Source: an uncultured Bacilli bacterium (GTDB lineage: Bacteria > Bacillota_I > Bacilli_A > RFN20 > CAG-631). Taken from it: a DNA stretch of 64,000 nt. A program made the position numbers and the translations under genes. Within the stretch, counting starts at the first letter, position 1. Each line of letters starts with the position of its first letter. Of this stretch, positions 10,240 to 19,915 are shown in pieces. The stretch is taken from contig CANQTM010000001.1 in NCBI GenBank assembly GCA_947626825.1, forward strand, positions 32,568 through 96,567, in the 5' to 3' direction. The notes under the pieces were generated by a model, which did not search any database, was not told where the DNA came from, and saw only the letters and a program-made list of their open reading frames with translations.

Positions 10240-12249
10240 ATGTTTAAAAAGATAAAAAAAGATAGAGGAAATATATTATTGATATTTCTTATAGAATTTA
10301 TTATTTCTATAAGTTTGGTTTTAATTGCTTTCTTCCTTGACAATTATGAAATAGTACATATCTATTCGATATATGTCATGCTTTTATATTTTATTTTGAT
10401 ATGTTTTATCAATATATTTTTAATGTCTCATTTTTTAAATAAAGCAGAAAAATATCTAAATAGAACAGATATTACGATTGCATCTATTTTTGGTAATGAA
10501 GTGGCTCCAGTATTCGAATTTGGCAATATTGTTATTTTAGTTTATAACGAAGTTGAAGAGATTATTTGGATTTCCCAAACCACTTTATTAAGGAAAGAAG
10601 ATATATTAGGGCAAAAAATATATGAATTGATTCCTAAATTTGATGAATTATCATTAATGAGTAATTCAAAAGACGTTTATGTTAATTTAAATGGTAAAAC
10701 ATTTCAAATTGAAATTAATATTGGTATGAGAGTCATTTATTTAAAAGATACAACATCTCAAGTATTGCAAAGTGAAAAAATGGAAATGGAAAGACCTTTT
10801 ATTGGCCATATTGTTATTGATAATTATCAAGATGTTTATGTTTCTTTACAAGAATCTTCATTTGTTTTACATGTAAGTGAAGTAAAAGAATTAATTAATA
10901 ATTTTGCTAAAAAATATAATTTATTTATTCGTTCTTATAATAATGATTCATTTTTAATTATTGGTGAAGAAGAAAATTATTTAAATATTGCTAAAGATAA
11001 ATTTTCTATCATGGATGAAATGCGTGAAATGGCTGAAAAAAATGATAATCCTTTAACAATATCAATTGGTATTGGAAAAGGTAATACCACAAGTATTTTA
11101 AGAACAAGTGAATTGTCTTATATGGCTTTAAATATGGCATTATCACGTGGTGGTGATCAAGTAGTTATTAATGCTTTTGGTAAACCATTAGAATATTATG
11201 GTGCCAAAAATGAAATAAAACAAACAAGATCCCATGTTAGAGGACGTGTTCTTGCTGCATCATTAGCAAATTTAGTTAAAGCTAGCAAAAATGTTATTAT
11301 CACTGGGCATAAAAATGCCGATTTTGATGCTATTGGAGCTTCTCTTGGTATCTATGCAATTTGTAAAAGTTTAAAGGCAAATGCTTATGTATTATATGAA
11401 GATGATTTAATTGAACTTTATACAAAACGTGCTTTTAAATCAACATTTACTTCATCTGAAATTTCAGAAATGACAATTTCCAATCAAAAAGCTTTGCAAA
11501 TTGCTACAGAACAAACTTTATTAATTATTGTTGATACGCATAATAAAGATATGATTTTATTACCTAAACTTGTAGACATATGTAAAGATATTTGTGTTAT
11601 TGACCACCATAGAAAAGGAGATTCATTTATTGACAATCCTATTTTCCAATATCATGAACCCCAATCAAGTTCTGCTTCCGAATTGGTTACTGAACTTATT
11701 TTCTATCAAGCTAATAAAGTAAATTTATCTGAAGATATTGCTAATTTCTTATTAGCAGGAATGAGCTTAGATACTAAATTTTTCAAGGTTGGCACTAGTG
11801 GTAAAACTTTTGAAATGGCTATGATTTTGAAAAATTATCAAGCAAGTAGTGAAGCTGTCAGCGATTTCTTTAGAGAAGAATATGAAGAGAAAAAATTATT
11901 AAGTAGTATTGTCAATAGTGCTACTGCCATCGCTGTAGGAATTTATATGGCAAAAGCTAGCGAAGATGATATTATTACTCGTACTACATTATCTAAAGTT
12001 GCAGATGAAATATTAGATATTAAAGGAGTTCAAGCTGTTTTTGTTATTGGTAGAACAGCTAAAAATCAAATATCTATTAGTGCAAGATCAACACCAGATT
12101 TTAATGTTCAATTAATTATGGAATCATTAGGTGGTGGGGGCCATTTTTCCAAAGCGGCCACTCAAATTGAAAATACTTCAGTTGAAAATGCTGCATCTGC
12201 TTTAAGAGAAAAAGTAAAAATATATTTACGAGATGGAGGACGCGTTTAG
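10240..12249 (+). CDS. gdpP: Cyclic-di-AMP phosphodiesterase GdpP (DHH/DHHA1)
   Basis: Two N-terminal TM helices, a PAS/GGDEF-like middle region, DHH motif VIDHHR, and DHHA1 GGGGH. AAAGGTGGG RBS before the ATG at 10240. Upstream of rplI-dnaB as in Bacilli. Confidence 0.8.
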   Translation: MFKKIKKDRGNILLIFLIEFIISISLVLIAFFLDNYEIVHIYSIYVMLLYFILICFINIFLMSHFLNKAEKYLNRTDITIASIFGNEVAPVFEFGNIVILVYNEVEEIIWISQTTLLRKEDILGQKIYELIPKFDELSLMSNSKDVYVNLNGKTFQIEINIGMRVIYLKDTTSQVLQSEKMEMERPFIGHIVIDNYQDVYVSLQESSFVLHVSEVKELINNFAKKYNLFIRSYNNDSFLIIGEEENYLNIAKDKFSIMDEMREMAEKNDNPLTISIGIGKGNTTSILRTSELSYMALNMALSRGGDQVVINAFGKPLEYYGAKNEIKQTRSHVRGRVLAASLANLVKASKNVIITGHKNADFDAIGASLGIYAICKSLKANAYVLYEDDLIELYTKRAFKSTFTSSEISEMTISNQKALQIATEQTLLIIVDTHNKDMILLPKLVDICKDICVIDHHRKGDSFIDNPIFQYHEPQSSSASELVTELIFYQANKVNLSEDIANFLLAGMSLDTKFFKVGTSGKTFEMAMILKNYQASSEAVSDFFREEYEEKKLLSSIVNSATAIAVGIYMAKASEDDIITRTTLSKVADEILDIKGVQAVFVIGRTAKNQISISARSTPDFNVQLIMESLGGGGHFSKAATQIENTSVENAASALREKVKIYLRDGGRV

Positions 12250-12259
12250 GAGGAAACCT

Positions 12260-12706
12260 ATGAAAGTAATTTTAATACAAGATGTTAAAAATGTTGGTAA
12301 GAAAGACCAAGTTGTAGAAGTCTCAGAAGGATATGCTAACAATTTCTTAATAAAAAAAGGTTTAGCAATTGTTCAAAACAAAGCTAATTTAAATGATTTA
12401 AATCGACAAAAAGAAGAAAGTAAAAAACTAGATATTTTAAAAAGAGAAGAAGCAGTCGAATTAAAAAATAAGTTAATGAATATTGTTGTTGTTTTTAAAA
12501 CTCAAGCTGGTCTTGAAGGACGTCTTCATAATGCTATAACATCAAAAATGTTAGAAGATGAATTAAATAATATTTATAATATTAAAGTTGACAAGAAAAA
12601 TTTTAAAAATTTTATGCCAATTAAAGCTTTAGGTAAAGCTACTGTTGATGTAATTTTATATAAAGATATTATTGGCAAAATTAATATTGAAGTTGTTGAA
12701 AAATAA
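12260..12706 (+). CDS. rplI: 50S ribosomal protein L9
   Basis: MKVILIQDVKNVGKKDQVVEVSEGYANNFL. GGAGGA RBS. Confidence 0.85.
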   Translation: MKVILIQDVKNVGKKDQVVEVSEGYANNFLIKKGLAIVQNKANLNDLNRQKEESKKLDILKREEAVELKNKLMNIVVVFKTQAGLEGRLHNAITSKMLEDELNNIYNIKVDKKNFKNFMPIKALGKATVDVILYKDIIGKINIEVVEK

Positions 12707-12730
12707 TAAGTCTTAGGAGGGCTAAGAAGT

Positions 12731-14116
12731 ATGGATTTACCTTTTAATGCCGAAGCCGAAAAACAAGTTTTAGCAAATATGATATTTTCTCAGGATATTT
12801 TGATAGATACTTTATCAAGATTAACTGTAGATGATTTTTATGTTACTGAACATAAAATTATTTTTACTACTTTAAAAAATATTTTTGAAAGTAATAAAGC
12901 AAAAGTAGAACCATATGCATTAATAGATAAACTTTCTATTGATGGAAATTTAGAAAAAGTCGGGGATGCTTCATATATTTTAGAATTGGTAGATTCATAT
13001 CATGATATTGCAAATGCAACTTATTATATAAATTCTGTTTCTGAAAAAGCAATTTTAAGAAATATTATTGTTTTTTCAAATAATGTGGTTAATAAATGGC
13101 CGCAAGAATCATCTGGTGATATACCAAGTTATATAAACAAAGTTGAAAAAGAAATCACAGATATCACTAAAAAAAGAAGAGTTGAAGATTTTGTTCCTAT
13201 TACTGAAGCTTTTGATCGTTATAAAACAAGAGTGGCCTACATTAAGCAAAATGGAGCTAATGTTGATGGATTAACAACAGGATATAGTATTTTTGATAGT
13301 ATTACATTTGGATTTAAACCAAGTGAAATGACAATTTTAGCTGCAAGACCATCAGTTGGAAAATCAGCTTTAGCCTTAAATTTTTTATATCGTGTAGCTT
13401 TAAGAACTAAAAAACCATGTGTTTTTTTCTCGTTGGAAATGGGACTTGATTCCTTAACTGATAGGATTTTAGCTTCTAAAAGTGGTGTTGCAAATAGAAA
13501 AATTCAAACAGCAAATTTTAATAAAGAAGAAGAAAGACGCCTTCATAATGCTATGAGAGATATTTCTAATTCAAATTTATTTATTGATGAAACTCCAGCT
13601 ATTAAAGTTGTTGAAATTCGTGCAAAAGTTAATAAATTATATTCACGTTTTGGTGAAATGGGCTTAATTGTTATTGACTATATTGGTTTAATTACTCCAG
13701 ATGTTAAAAATAAAAAAGATGTTCCAAGAAGTTTAGAAATAGGTGAAATTTCTGCATCATTAAAAGCTTTAGCAAGAGATTTTAAATGTCCTATTTTAGT
13801 GCTTGCTCAATTAAACCGTAATGTAGATGATAGAAAAGATAAAACACCTATTTTTTCTGATTTGAAGGAATCGGGTTCTCTTGAACAAGATGCAGATGTT
13901 GTATTGTTTATTGATAGACCAGATTATGGAAAAAACGAAAAAAATGATCAAGAAGCTAATGATGATAAAGCTTCTGATTCAATGGTTAAAGTCATTGTTG
14001 CTAAAAATAGAAATGGTAGTACAGCTACTATTGATTTTATGTTTCAAAAGCATATTAGCCGTTTTGTCGAAATGGATAACACATTTGAAAATGAAAAAAA
14101 AGAAAATGAAGGATAA
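12731..14116 (+). CDS. dnaB: Replicative DNA helicase DnaB (DnaC in Bacillus nomenclature)
   Basis: Walker A GARPSVGKSALAL. RecA-like C-terminal domain. Conserved N-terminal FNAEAEKQVL. Confidence 0.85.
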   Translation: MDLPFNAEAEKQVLANMIFSQDILIDTLSRLTVDDFYVTEHKIIFTTLKNIFESNKAKVEPYALIDKLSIDGNLEKVGDASYILELVDSYHDIANATYYINSVSEKAILRNIIVFSNNVVNKWPQESSGDIPSYINKVEKEITDITKKRRVEDFVPITEAFDRYKTRVAYIKQNGANVDGLTTGYSIFDSITFGFKPSEMTILAARPSVGKSALALNFLYRVALRTKKPCVFFSLEMGLDSLTDRILASKSGVANRKIQTANFNKEEERRLHNAMRDISNSNLFIDETPAIKVVEIRAKVNKLYSRFGEMGLIVIDYIGLITPDVKNKKDVPRSLEIGEISASLKALARDFKCPILVLAQLNRNVDDRKDKTPIFSDLKESGSLEQDADVVLFIDRPDYGKNEKNDQEANDDKASDSMVKVIVAKNRNGSTATIDFMFQKHISRFVEMDNTFENEKKENEG

Positions 14117-14118
14117 GT

Positions 14119-14889
14119 ATGAAGTATTATTTGTTAGCTAGTGGCTCTGGCGGTAATTGTACCGCTTTAGAAAATGATAAACACGAAATATTGTTGATAG
14201 ATTGTGGCCTAGCCATTAAAGAAATAAAAAATAGGTTAAAACAAGTTAATCTTGATTTTTCAAATGTCAAAAAAGTTTTAATCACACACATGCATACAGA
14301 CCATGTAAAATCATTAAAATATTTTGATGAAAAAGATGTTTATATTAATTATTTATGTGGTATGAATGAATATAATCAATTTGATTATTACCAAACATTA
14401 GAAATTTTAGATTTTAAAATATATACATTACCATTATCACATGATACTCAAGGAACAACAGGTTTCTTAATTGAATATAATGGCGAAAAGATGGCTTATA
14501 TAACTGATACAGGCTATGTACATGAAAATGTTCAAAAAATAATTAATAATTGTGATATATATTGTTTTGAAAGTAATCATGATCCTAGACTTTTAATGTT
14601 AACTAAAAGGCCAATTATGTTAAAGCAAAGAATTTTATCTTCAGTTGGTCATTTATCTAATCAAGATAGCGCATATGTCTTAGGAAATATTATTGGGCCA
14701 AGAACTAAAGAAATTGTTTTTCTTCATCGCTCTTTAGAAGCAAATAGTGAAGAAATGTTACTTGAAACATTTTTGCAAATAATGGATAAAATGAAAGTGG
14801 ATATTTCAAAAATTAAAATTAATATTGCTAAACAAGATGAACCAATTATATATGGGCAAAATACACCATTAATAAAAATTACTAATTGA
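14119..14889 (+). CDS. MBL-fold metallo-hydrolase, YycJ/WalJ-like
   Basis: HMHTDH metal-binding motif and SGSGGNC N-terminus. Confidence 0.65.
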   Translation: MKYYLLASGSGGNCTALENDKHEILLIDCGLAIKEIKNRLKQVNLDFSNVKKVLITHMHTDHVKSLKYFDEKDVYINYLCGMNEYNQFDYYQTLEILDFKIYTLPLSHDTQGTTGFLIEYNGEKMAYITDTGYVHENVQKIINNCDIYCFESNHDPRLLMLTKRPIMLKQRILSSVGHLSNQDSAYVLGNIIGPRTKEIVFLHRSLEANSEEMLLETFLQIMDKMKVDISKIKINIAKQDEPIIYGQNTPLIKITN

Positions 14890-14933
14890 TAAAATATTAA
14901 AATTATTTTATAATTTGTGCATGGTGAACAAAA

Positions 14934-15482
14934 ATGATAACAAATAAAGCATATTTTAAATTGGAAAATCCAAATGAAAGAAATATTTTAAAAAAAATAT
15001 TAGAAGAATCTTTTCAAGAAATTTCTATAAATTGGTTAAATGATGTTGCAACATTAGAAACAGTTAATAAAGAAAATTTTCAATTACAATTATGCAAAAT
15101 TTTATCAACTGCATTTTTGGATTTTAATTTACAAGTTTCTTTTTTAATTGTTCCTTTTTTTAATGATATTTTTTTAAAATACATTTATAAACTAAATTCT
15201 GAAGTTGCAAGTGCTTTTGAAATATTTATAAGATATATTGATGATCCAATAGTAAAAAAAGATTCTATAGCATTAGTGAAAAAAATAAGTGATAATGATT
15301 TAGATACATTAAAAGCATTTTTAAAATGTAATGCAAATTCTTCTTTAACCGCTAATGAATTATATGTTCATAGAAATACTTTAAATTATCGCATTAATCA
15401 TTTAATAAATGATTTAAATATTGATATAAGAGACTTAAATACTTTGATGTTTTTAAATTTAATTATTAATATTTGTGCATAG
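14934..15482 (+). CDS. Putative transcriptional regulator with PucR-type C-terminal HTH
   Basis: C-terminal LTANELYVHRNTLNYRINHLINDLNIDIRD matches the PucR/CdaR HTH_30 pattern. Confidence 0.45.
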   Translation: MITNKAYFKLENPNERNILKKILEESFQEISINWLNDVATLETVNKENFQLQLCKILSTAFLDFNLQVSFLIVPFFNDIFLKYIYKLNSEVASAFEIFIRYIDDPIVKKDSIALVKKISDNDLDTLKAFLKCNANSSLTANELYVHRNTLNYRINHLINDLNIDIRDLNTLMFLNLIINICA

Positions 15483-15542
15483 TGCACAATACATTTTTAA
15501 AATTATGATGTATAATAATATCAAACAAAAGGAGAAATTCAT

Positions 15543-16739
15543 ATGGCAACATTAAAATTTGTAAATATTAATAAAGTTTACGATAGTAAAGTTCAGGCTG
15601 TTTTTGATTTTAATTTAGATGTAAGAGATAAAGAATTTATTGTCTTTGTTGGCCCATCAGGTTGTGGTAAAACAACAACATTAAGAATGGTAGCTGGACT
15701 TGAAGAAATTACTTCTGGAGAATTGTATATTAATGATCGTTTAGTTAATGATATTGCTCCAAAAGATAGAGATATTGCAATGGTTTTCCAATCATATGCC
15801 CTATATCCTCATATGACAGTATTTGACAATATGGCATTTGGTTTGAAACTAAGAAAAATTCCAAAAGAAGAAATTGAAAAAAGAGTTAATGAAGCAGCTG
15901 CTATTTTAGGCCTTGAACCTTATTTAAATAGAAGACCTAAAGCATTATCAGGTGGACAAAGACAAAGAGTTGCACTTGGAAGAGCAATTGTTAGAAATCC
16001 TAAAGTTTTCTTAATGGATGAACCTTTAAGTAACCTAGATGCAAAATTAAGAGTACAAATGAGATCTGAAATTGCAAAAATTCACCAAAGAGTAGGTGCT
16101 ACAACAATTTATGTTACTCATGACCAAACAGAAGCTATGACAATGGCAACAAGAATTGTCGTTATGAAAGATGGTCATATTCAACAAATTGGTACACCAA
16201 AAGAAGTTTATAACTATCCAGCAAATGTTTTCGTTGGTGGCTTTATTGGCGCTCCAGCAATGAACTTTTTACGTGGAAAATATATAGATGGTAAATTTGT
16301 TATTGAAGCTGATAAAACTCAAAGAAGAATTGAAATTGAATTAACAGAAGAATTACGTTTAAATATTCAAGGTTATGAAAATGAAGAAGTTATTTTAGGT
16401 ATTAGACCTGAAGATATTTATGTTGATGGACCAATGGTTGAAAAATATCCTGGTGCTACAACAGAAATTGAATGTGATGTTGTTGAACTTTTAGGCCACG
16501 AATTAATTGTTTATGGTTTTATGAATGGTCAAAGAATTATTATTAAAACAAGTGCAACACATGATATTCAAGTTCATGATAAATTAAACTTTACGTTTGA
16601 TATGAGTAGAGCTCATTGTTTTGATCCAACAACAACAACTCGTCTTGTTTATAAGAAAGAAAAACTTGGTGCTCAAAATAATGAAAATGTAGAAACTGAT
16701 GAAGCAGAATCATTAGAAAACACTGATAAAGCCAAATAA
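15543..16739 (+). CDS. Sugar ABC transporter ATP-binding protein (MsmK/MalK/MsmX type)
   Basis: Walker A GPSGCGKTT, signature LSGGQRQR, Walker B FLMDEP, plus a C-terminal TOBE/MalK regulatory domain. No cognate permease is adjacent. Confidence 0.8.
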   Translation: MATLKFVNINKVYDSKVQAVFDFNLDVRDKEFIVFVGPSGCGKTTTLRMVAGLEEITSGELYINDRLVNDIAPKDRDIAMVFQSYALYPHMTVFDNMAFGLKLRKIPKEEIEKRVNEAAAILGLEPYLNRRPKALSGGQRQRVALGRAIVRNPKVFLMDEPLSNLDAKLRVQMRSEIAKIHQRVGATTIYVTHDQTEAMTMATRIVVMKDGHIQQIGTPKEVYNYPANVFVGGFIGAPAMNFLRGKYIDGKFVIEADKTQRRIEIELTEELRLNIQGYENEEVILGIRPEDIYVDGPMVEKYPGATTEIECDVVELLGHELIVYGFMNGQRIIIKTSATHDIQVHDKLNFTFDMSRAHCFDPTTTTRLVYKKEKLGAQNNENVETDEAESLENTDKAK

Positions 16740-16834
16740 TTATTTTGTAGACAATTAAATATAAAGCAATTATAATTGAAAATGTAAGCAATCCCAACTA
16801 TAATTGCTTTTTTGTTGTAAAAGGATAAAGAAAT

Positions 16835-18706
16835 ATGGCAATATTATCAGTAAATAATTTATATAAATCATATAATGGCAATGTCATTTTAGATGATATT
16901 TCTTTTACTATTAATAAAAATGATAAAGTTGCAATTGTTGGCGATAATGGCGAAGGAAAAACCACCTTATTAAAGATTTTAACAAAAGAAATAGAAGCAG
17001 ATAAAGGAAATATTTATATAGATGATAATAACGTTATAGGTTACCTTTCACAAAATATTATTAATGATGTATCAAATACTTTATTAGAAGAAATGGAAAG
17101 TGCTTTTTTAGATTTGCATAAAATAGCTAAAGAAATGAATGAATTAGTTGACAAAATGGCAATTTATGAAAACAAACAATATATTGAAAGATATTCATAT
17201 TTGCAAGAATTATATCTTAATAAAGGAGGGTATGAATATCAATATCAAATAAAACAAATGCTTAATAAATTTGGTTTTGATGAATCATATTATCAAAGAA
17301 CATTAAAATCTTTTTCTGGTGGTGAAAGAACTAGGGTGGCATTTGCAAAACTATTATTAAAAAATCCATCTATATTATTGCTAGACGAACCTACAAACCA
17401 CTTGGATTTAGCAATGATAGAATGGTTGGAAAAATATTTAAAATCATATTCTGGTACAATTGTTTTGGTTTCACACGATCAGGTTTTTATTGATAATATT
17501 GTTACTAAAATAATTGAAATTGAAAATCATAAGGCAACAATGTATACAGGCAACTATTCAACTTATGTTATTGAAAAGCAGCAAAATTATGAACATTTAT
17601 TAAAATCTTACAAAGTTCAAGAAAAAGAAATAAAACGATATGAAATGTTGATTCGAAAATTTAAACCAAAACCAACAAAAACATCTTTTGCTCAGCAACT
17701 TGAAAAAAAATTAGATAAAATGGAAAAAATTGAGTTGCCAAAAATAAAAAAGAAAAATATACATGCCAAATTAGAAAGTAACTTAAGTCCTTATAATGTA
17801 AAATTACATGTTTGTGAAAATTTATTATTTGGTTATAATAATGTTGCACTAACTGAACCATTAAATCTTTTAATTAAAAATCAGGATAAAATATGTATTA
17901 TGGGTAAAAATGGTTCTGGAAAAACAACAATGTTAAAATGCATAATGCAAAATGAAAATAAAATTAGTGGATTTAATAATGATCTAAGAGACAACATAAA
18001 ATATTTTTATTTTGATCAAACTCAAGAAATTCTCAATCCAGATTTAACTTTATTTGATACTATACATGATGAATTTCCATTAATGAATGATAGCGAAGTT
18101 AGAAATATTTTAGGTAGATTTTTATTTAGTGATGATGAAGTTTTTAAATATAATAGTGACTTATCTGGTGGAGAAAAAATTCGCCTTATCTTTGCCATCA
18201 TTTCTTTAAGAAATTATGATATTTTATATCTAGATGAACCTACAAATCATCTTGATTTTACAACAAAAAGAGTTATTTCAGATATATTAGAAGATTATCC
18301 TGGAACTATTGTTATGGTTTCTCATGATCGTTATTTTGTAAACAGAGTGGCAAATAAAATTATTTATTTGATGAATAAAAAATTTATTATTGAAGATGGA
18401 AATTATGATCATTTTATTTCTTTACATGATTTATCAAGTGATTCAATTAATTTTATGAATAAAAAGGATAACATAAAAGCTAAACCACAAAATATCATTA
18501 ATAAAAATAATAAAAATTTAACAAAAGAAAAAATCAAATTAGAACAAAAATTAGAAATGTTACTAAATGAATTAGATGAATTAAATAATAATATAAATGA
18601 TGATAAAGAATATAATTGGATTGATTATCAAAATATGCAAAAGCAAATAGAAAATAAAGAACAAGAAATCGATGAATTAATTAAGAAATTAGAATCATAT
18701 AATTAA
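16835..18706 (+). CDS. ABC-F family ATPase (two ABC cassettes, no TMD) with C-terminal coiled coil
   Basis: Two Walker A motifs (GDNGEGKTT and GKNGSGKTT) and two LSGGE signatures. Coiled-coil tail. Confidence 0.75.
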   Translation: MAILSVNNLYKSYNGNVILDDISFTINKNDKVAIVGDNGEGKTTLLKILTKEIEADKGNIYIDDNNVIGYLSQNIINDVSNTLLEEMESAFLDLHKIAKEMNELVDKMAIYENKQYIERYSYLQELYLNKGGYEYQYQIKQMLNKFGFDESYYQRTLKSFSGGERTRVAFAKLLLKNPSILLLDEPTNHLDLAMIEWLEKYLKSYSGTIVLVSHDQVFIDNIVTKIIEIENHKATMYTGNYSTYVIEKQQNYEHLLKSYKVQEKEIKRYEMLIRKFKPKPTKTSFAQQLEKKLDKMEKIELPKIKKKNIHAKLESNLSPYNVKLHVCENLLFGYNNVALTEPLNLLIKNQDKICIMGKNGSGKTTMLKCIMQNENKISGFNNDLRDNIKYFYFDQTQEILNPDLTLFDTIHDEFPLMNDSEVRNILGRFLFSDDEVFKYNSDLSGGEKIRLIFAIISLRNYDILYLDEPTNHLDFTTKRVISDILEDYPGTIVMVSHDRYFVNRVANKIIYLMNKKFIIEDGNYDHFISLHDLSSDSINFMNKKDNIKAKPQNIINKNNKNLTKEKIKLEQKLEMLLNELDELNNNINDDKEYNWIDYQNMQKQIENKEQEIDELIKKLESYN

Positions 18707-18844
18707 TTGTTATTTTATTAAATAAATATAAAAAAATAATTAAGGACAATAATTGAAAAAGTAGAAATGTATTTTCATAGTGTTTATTTTTTTAAATAAA
18801 AATAGTATAATTAAATAGCAAACTTTCAAAGGAGACTAACTAAT

Positions 18845-19324
18845 ATGCCAAATATCAATAAAAAAGAAGTTGTTACAAAAGAATATTATGATGAATTACA
18901 GGCCCAATATAGACATTTACTTGATGTTGAAAGACCACAAGTTTTGCAAGAATTAGCAGAAGCTCGTTCTCAAGGTGACTTATCAGAAAATGCTGATTAT
19001 GATGCTGCTAGAAATAAACAAGCTGAAATAGAAGCAAAAATTAGAGAAATTGAATATACTTTAAGTAATATTGAAGTAGCACGTGAAAAAACTTCTAAAA
19101 ATAAAATTAATGCTACTAGTACAGTTGTACTTTTAGATTGTGAAGATAATGAAGAATATACTTATCAATTAGTTGGTTCTATTGGTTCAGATCCTAATAG
19201 TTTTAAAATTACTACTGAATCTCCATTAGGAGCAGCATTACTTGGTAAAGAAGTCGGCGATGAAGTTGAAGTTATTTGTGGCGATGGCTCAAGTTATAAA
19301 GTAATTATCAAAGCAATAAAATAA
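18845..19324 (+). CDS. greA: Transcription elongation factor GreA
   Basis: N-terminal coiled coil followed by an FKBP-like C-terminal domain. DLSENADYDAAR motif. Confidence 0.85.
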   Translation: MPNINKKEVVTKEYYDELQAQYRHLLDVERPQVLQELAEARSQGDLSENADYDAARNKQAEIEAKIREIEYTLSNIEVAREKTSKNKINATSTVVLLDCEDNEEYTYQLVGSIGSDPNSFKITTESPLGAALLGKEVGDEVEVICGDGSSYKVIIKAIK

Positions 19325-19378
19325 ATTAAAGTAATTATAAAAGAAAATCACTAAGATAATTGTAGGAGGATGTTTTTT

Positions 19379-19915
19379 ATGAAAACAATTATTGGAGTGA
19401 TTTTTTTAGTTTTTTTAATAGTTATTGGCATGAGCGCTATTGAGTATAATGAAGCACTATTTTATAATAGTGCAGGTTTACAAAAAAATAGTACTGAAGT
19501 AAGTAATGATATTTTTTCAAGTGAAGAAGATACAACATATGAAGTTACATTGTCTGGTGAAATTAAAAATGAAGGTTGTTATACAGTAAATGAAGGAGAT
19601 TTTTTATTAAATGCCATTCAATTAGCCGGAGGTTTAACAATTAATGCAGATGCTACTTGTTTTAATAATTATTTACCTATAACTGAAGATTTATCTATTT
19701 ATATTCCTGCCACAAGTGATATAAATAAAATATCATTGAATAAAGCAACAATAGAAGAATTAATGAGTTTATCTGGTGTTGGACAAACCATTGCTAATCG
19801 CATAATTGATTATCGTTATAATAATGGCGGTTTTAAATATCTTGAAGAAATAATGAAAGTTGATGGTTTAGGACAAGCCTTTTTTGAAAAATCTAAAAAT
19901 AAAATATGTCTTTAA
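19379..19915 (+). CDS. comEA: Competence protein ComEA (helix-hairpin-helix DNA-binding)
   Basis: N-terminal TM helix. C-terminal HhH LNKATIEELMSLSGVGQTIANRIIDYR. GGAGGA RBS. Confidence 0.75.
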   Translation: MKTIIGVIFLVFLIVIGMSAIEYNEALFYNSAGLQKNSTEVSNDIFSSEEDTTYEVTLSGEIKNEGCYTVNEGDFLLNAIQLAGGLTINADATCFNNYLPITEDLSIYIPATSDINKISLNKATIEELMSLSGVGQTIANRIIDYRYNNGGFKYLEEIMKVDGLGQAFFEKSKNKICL

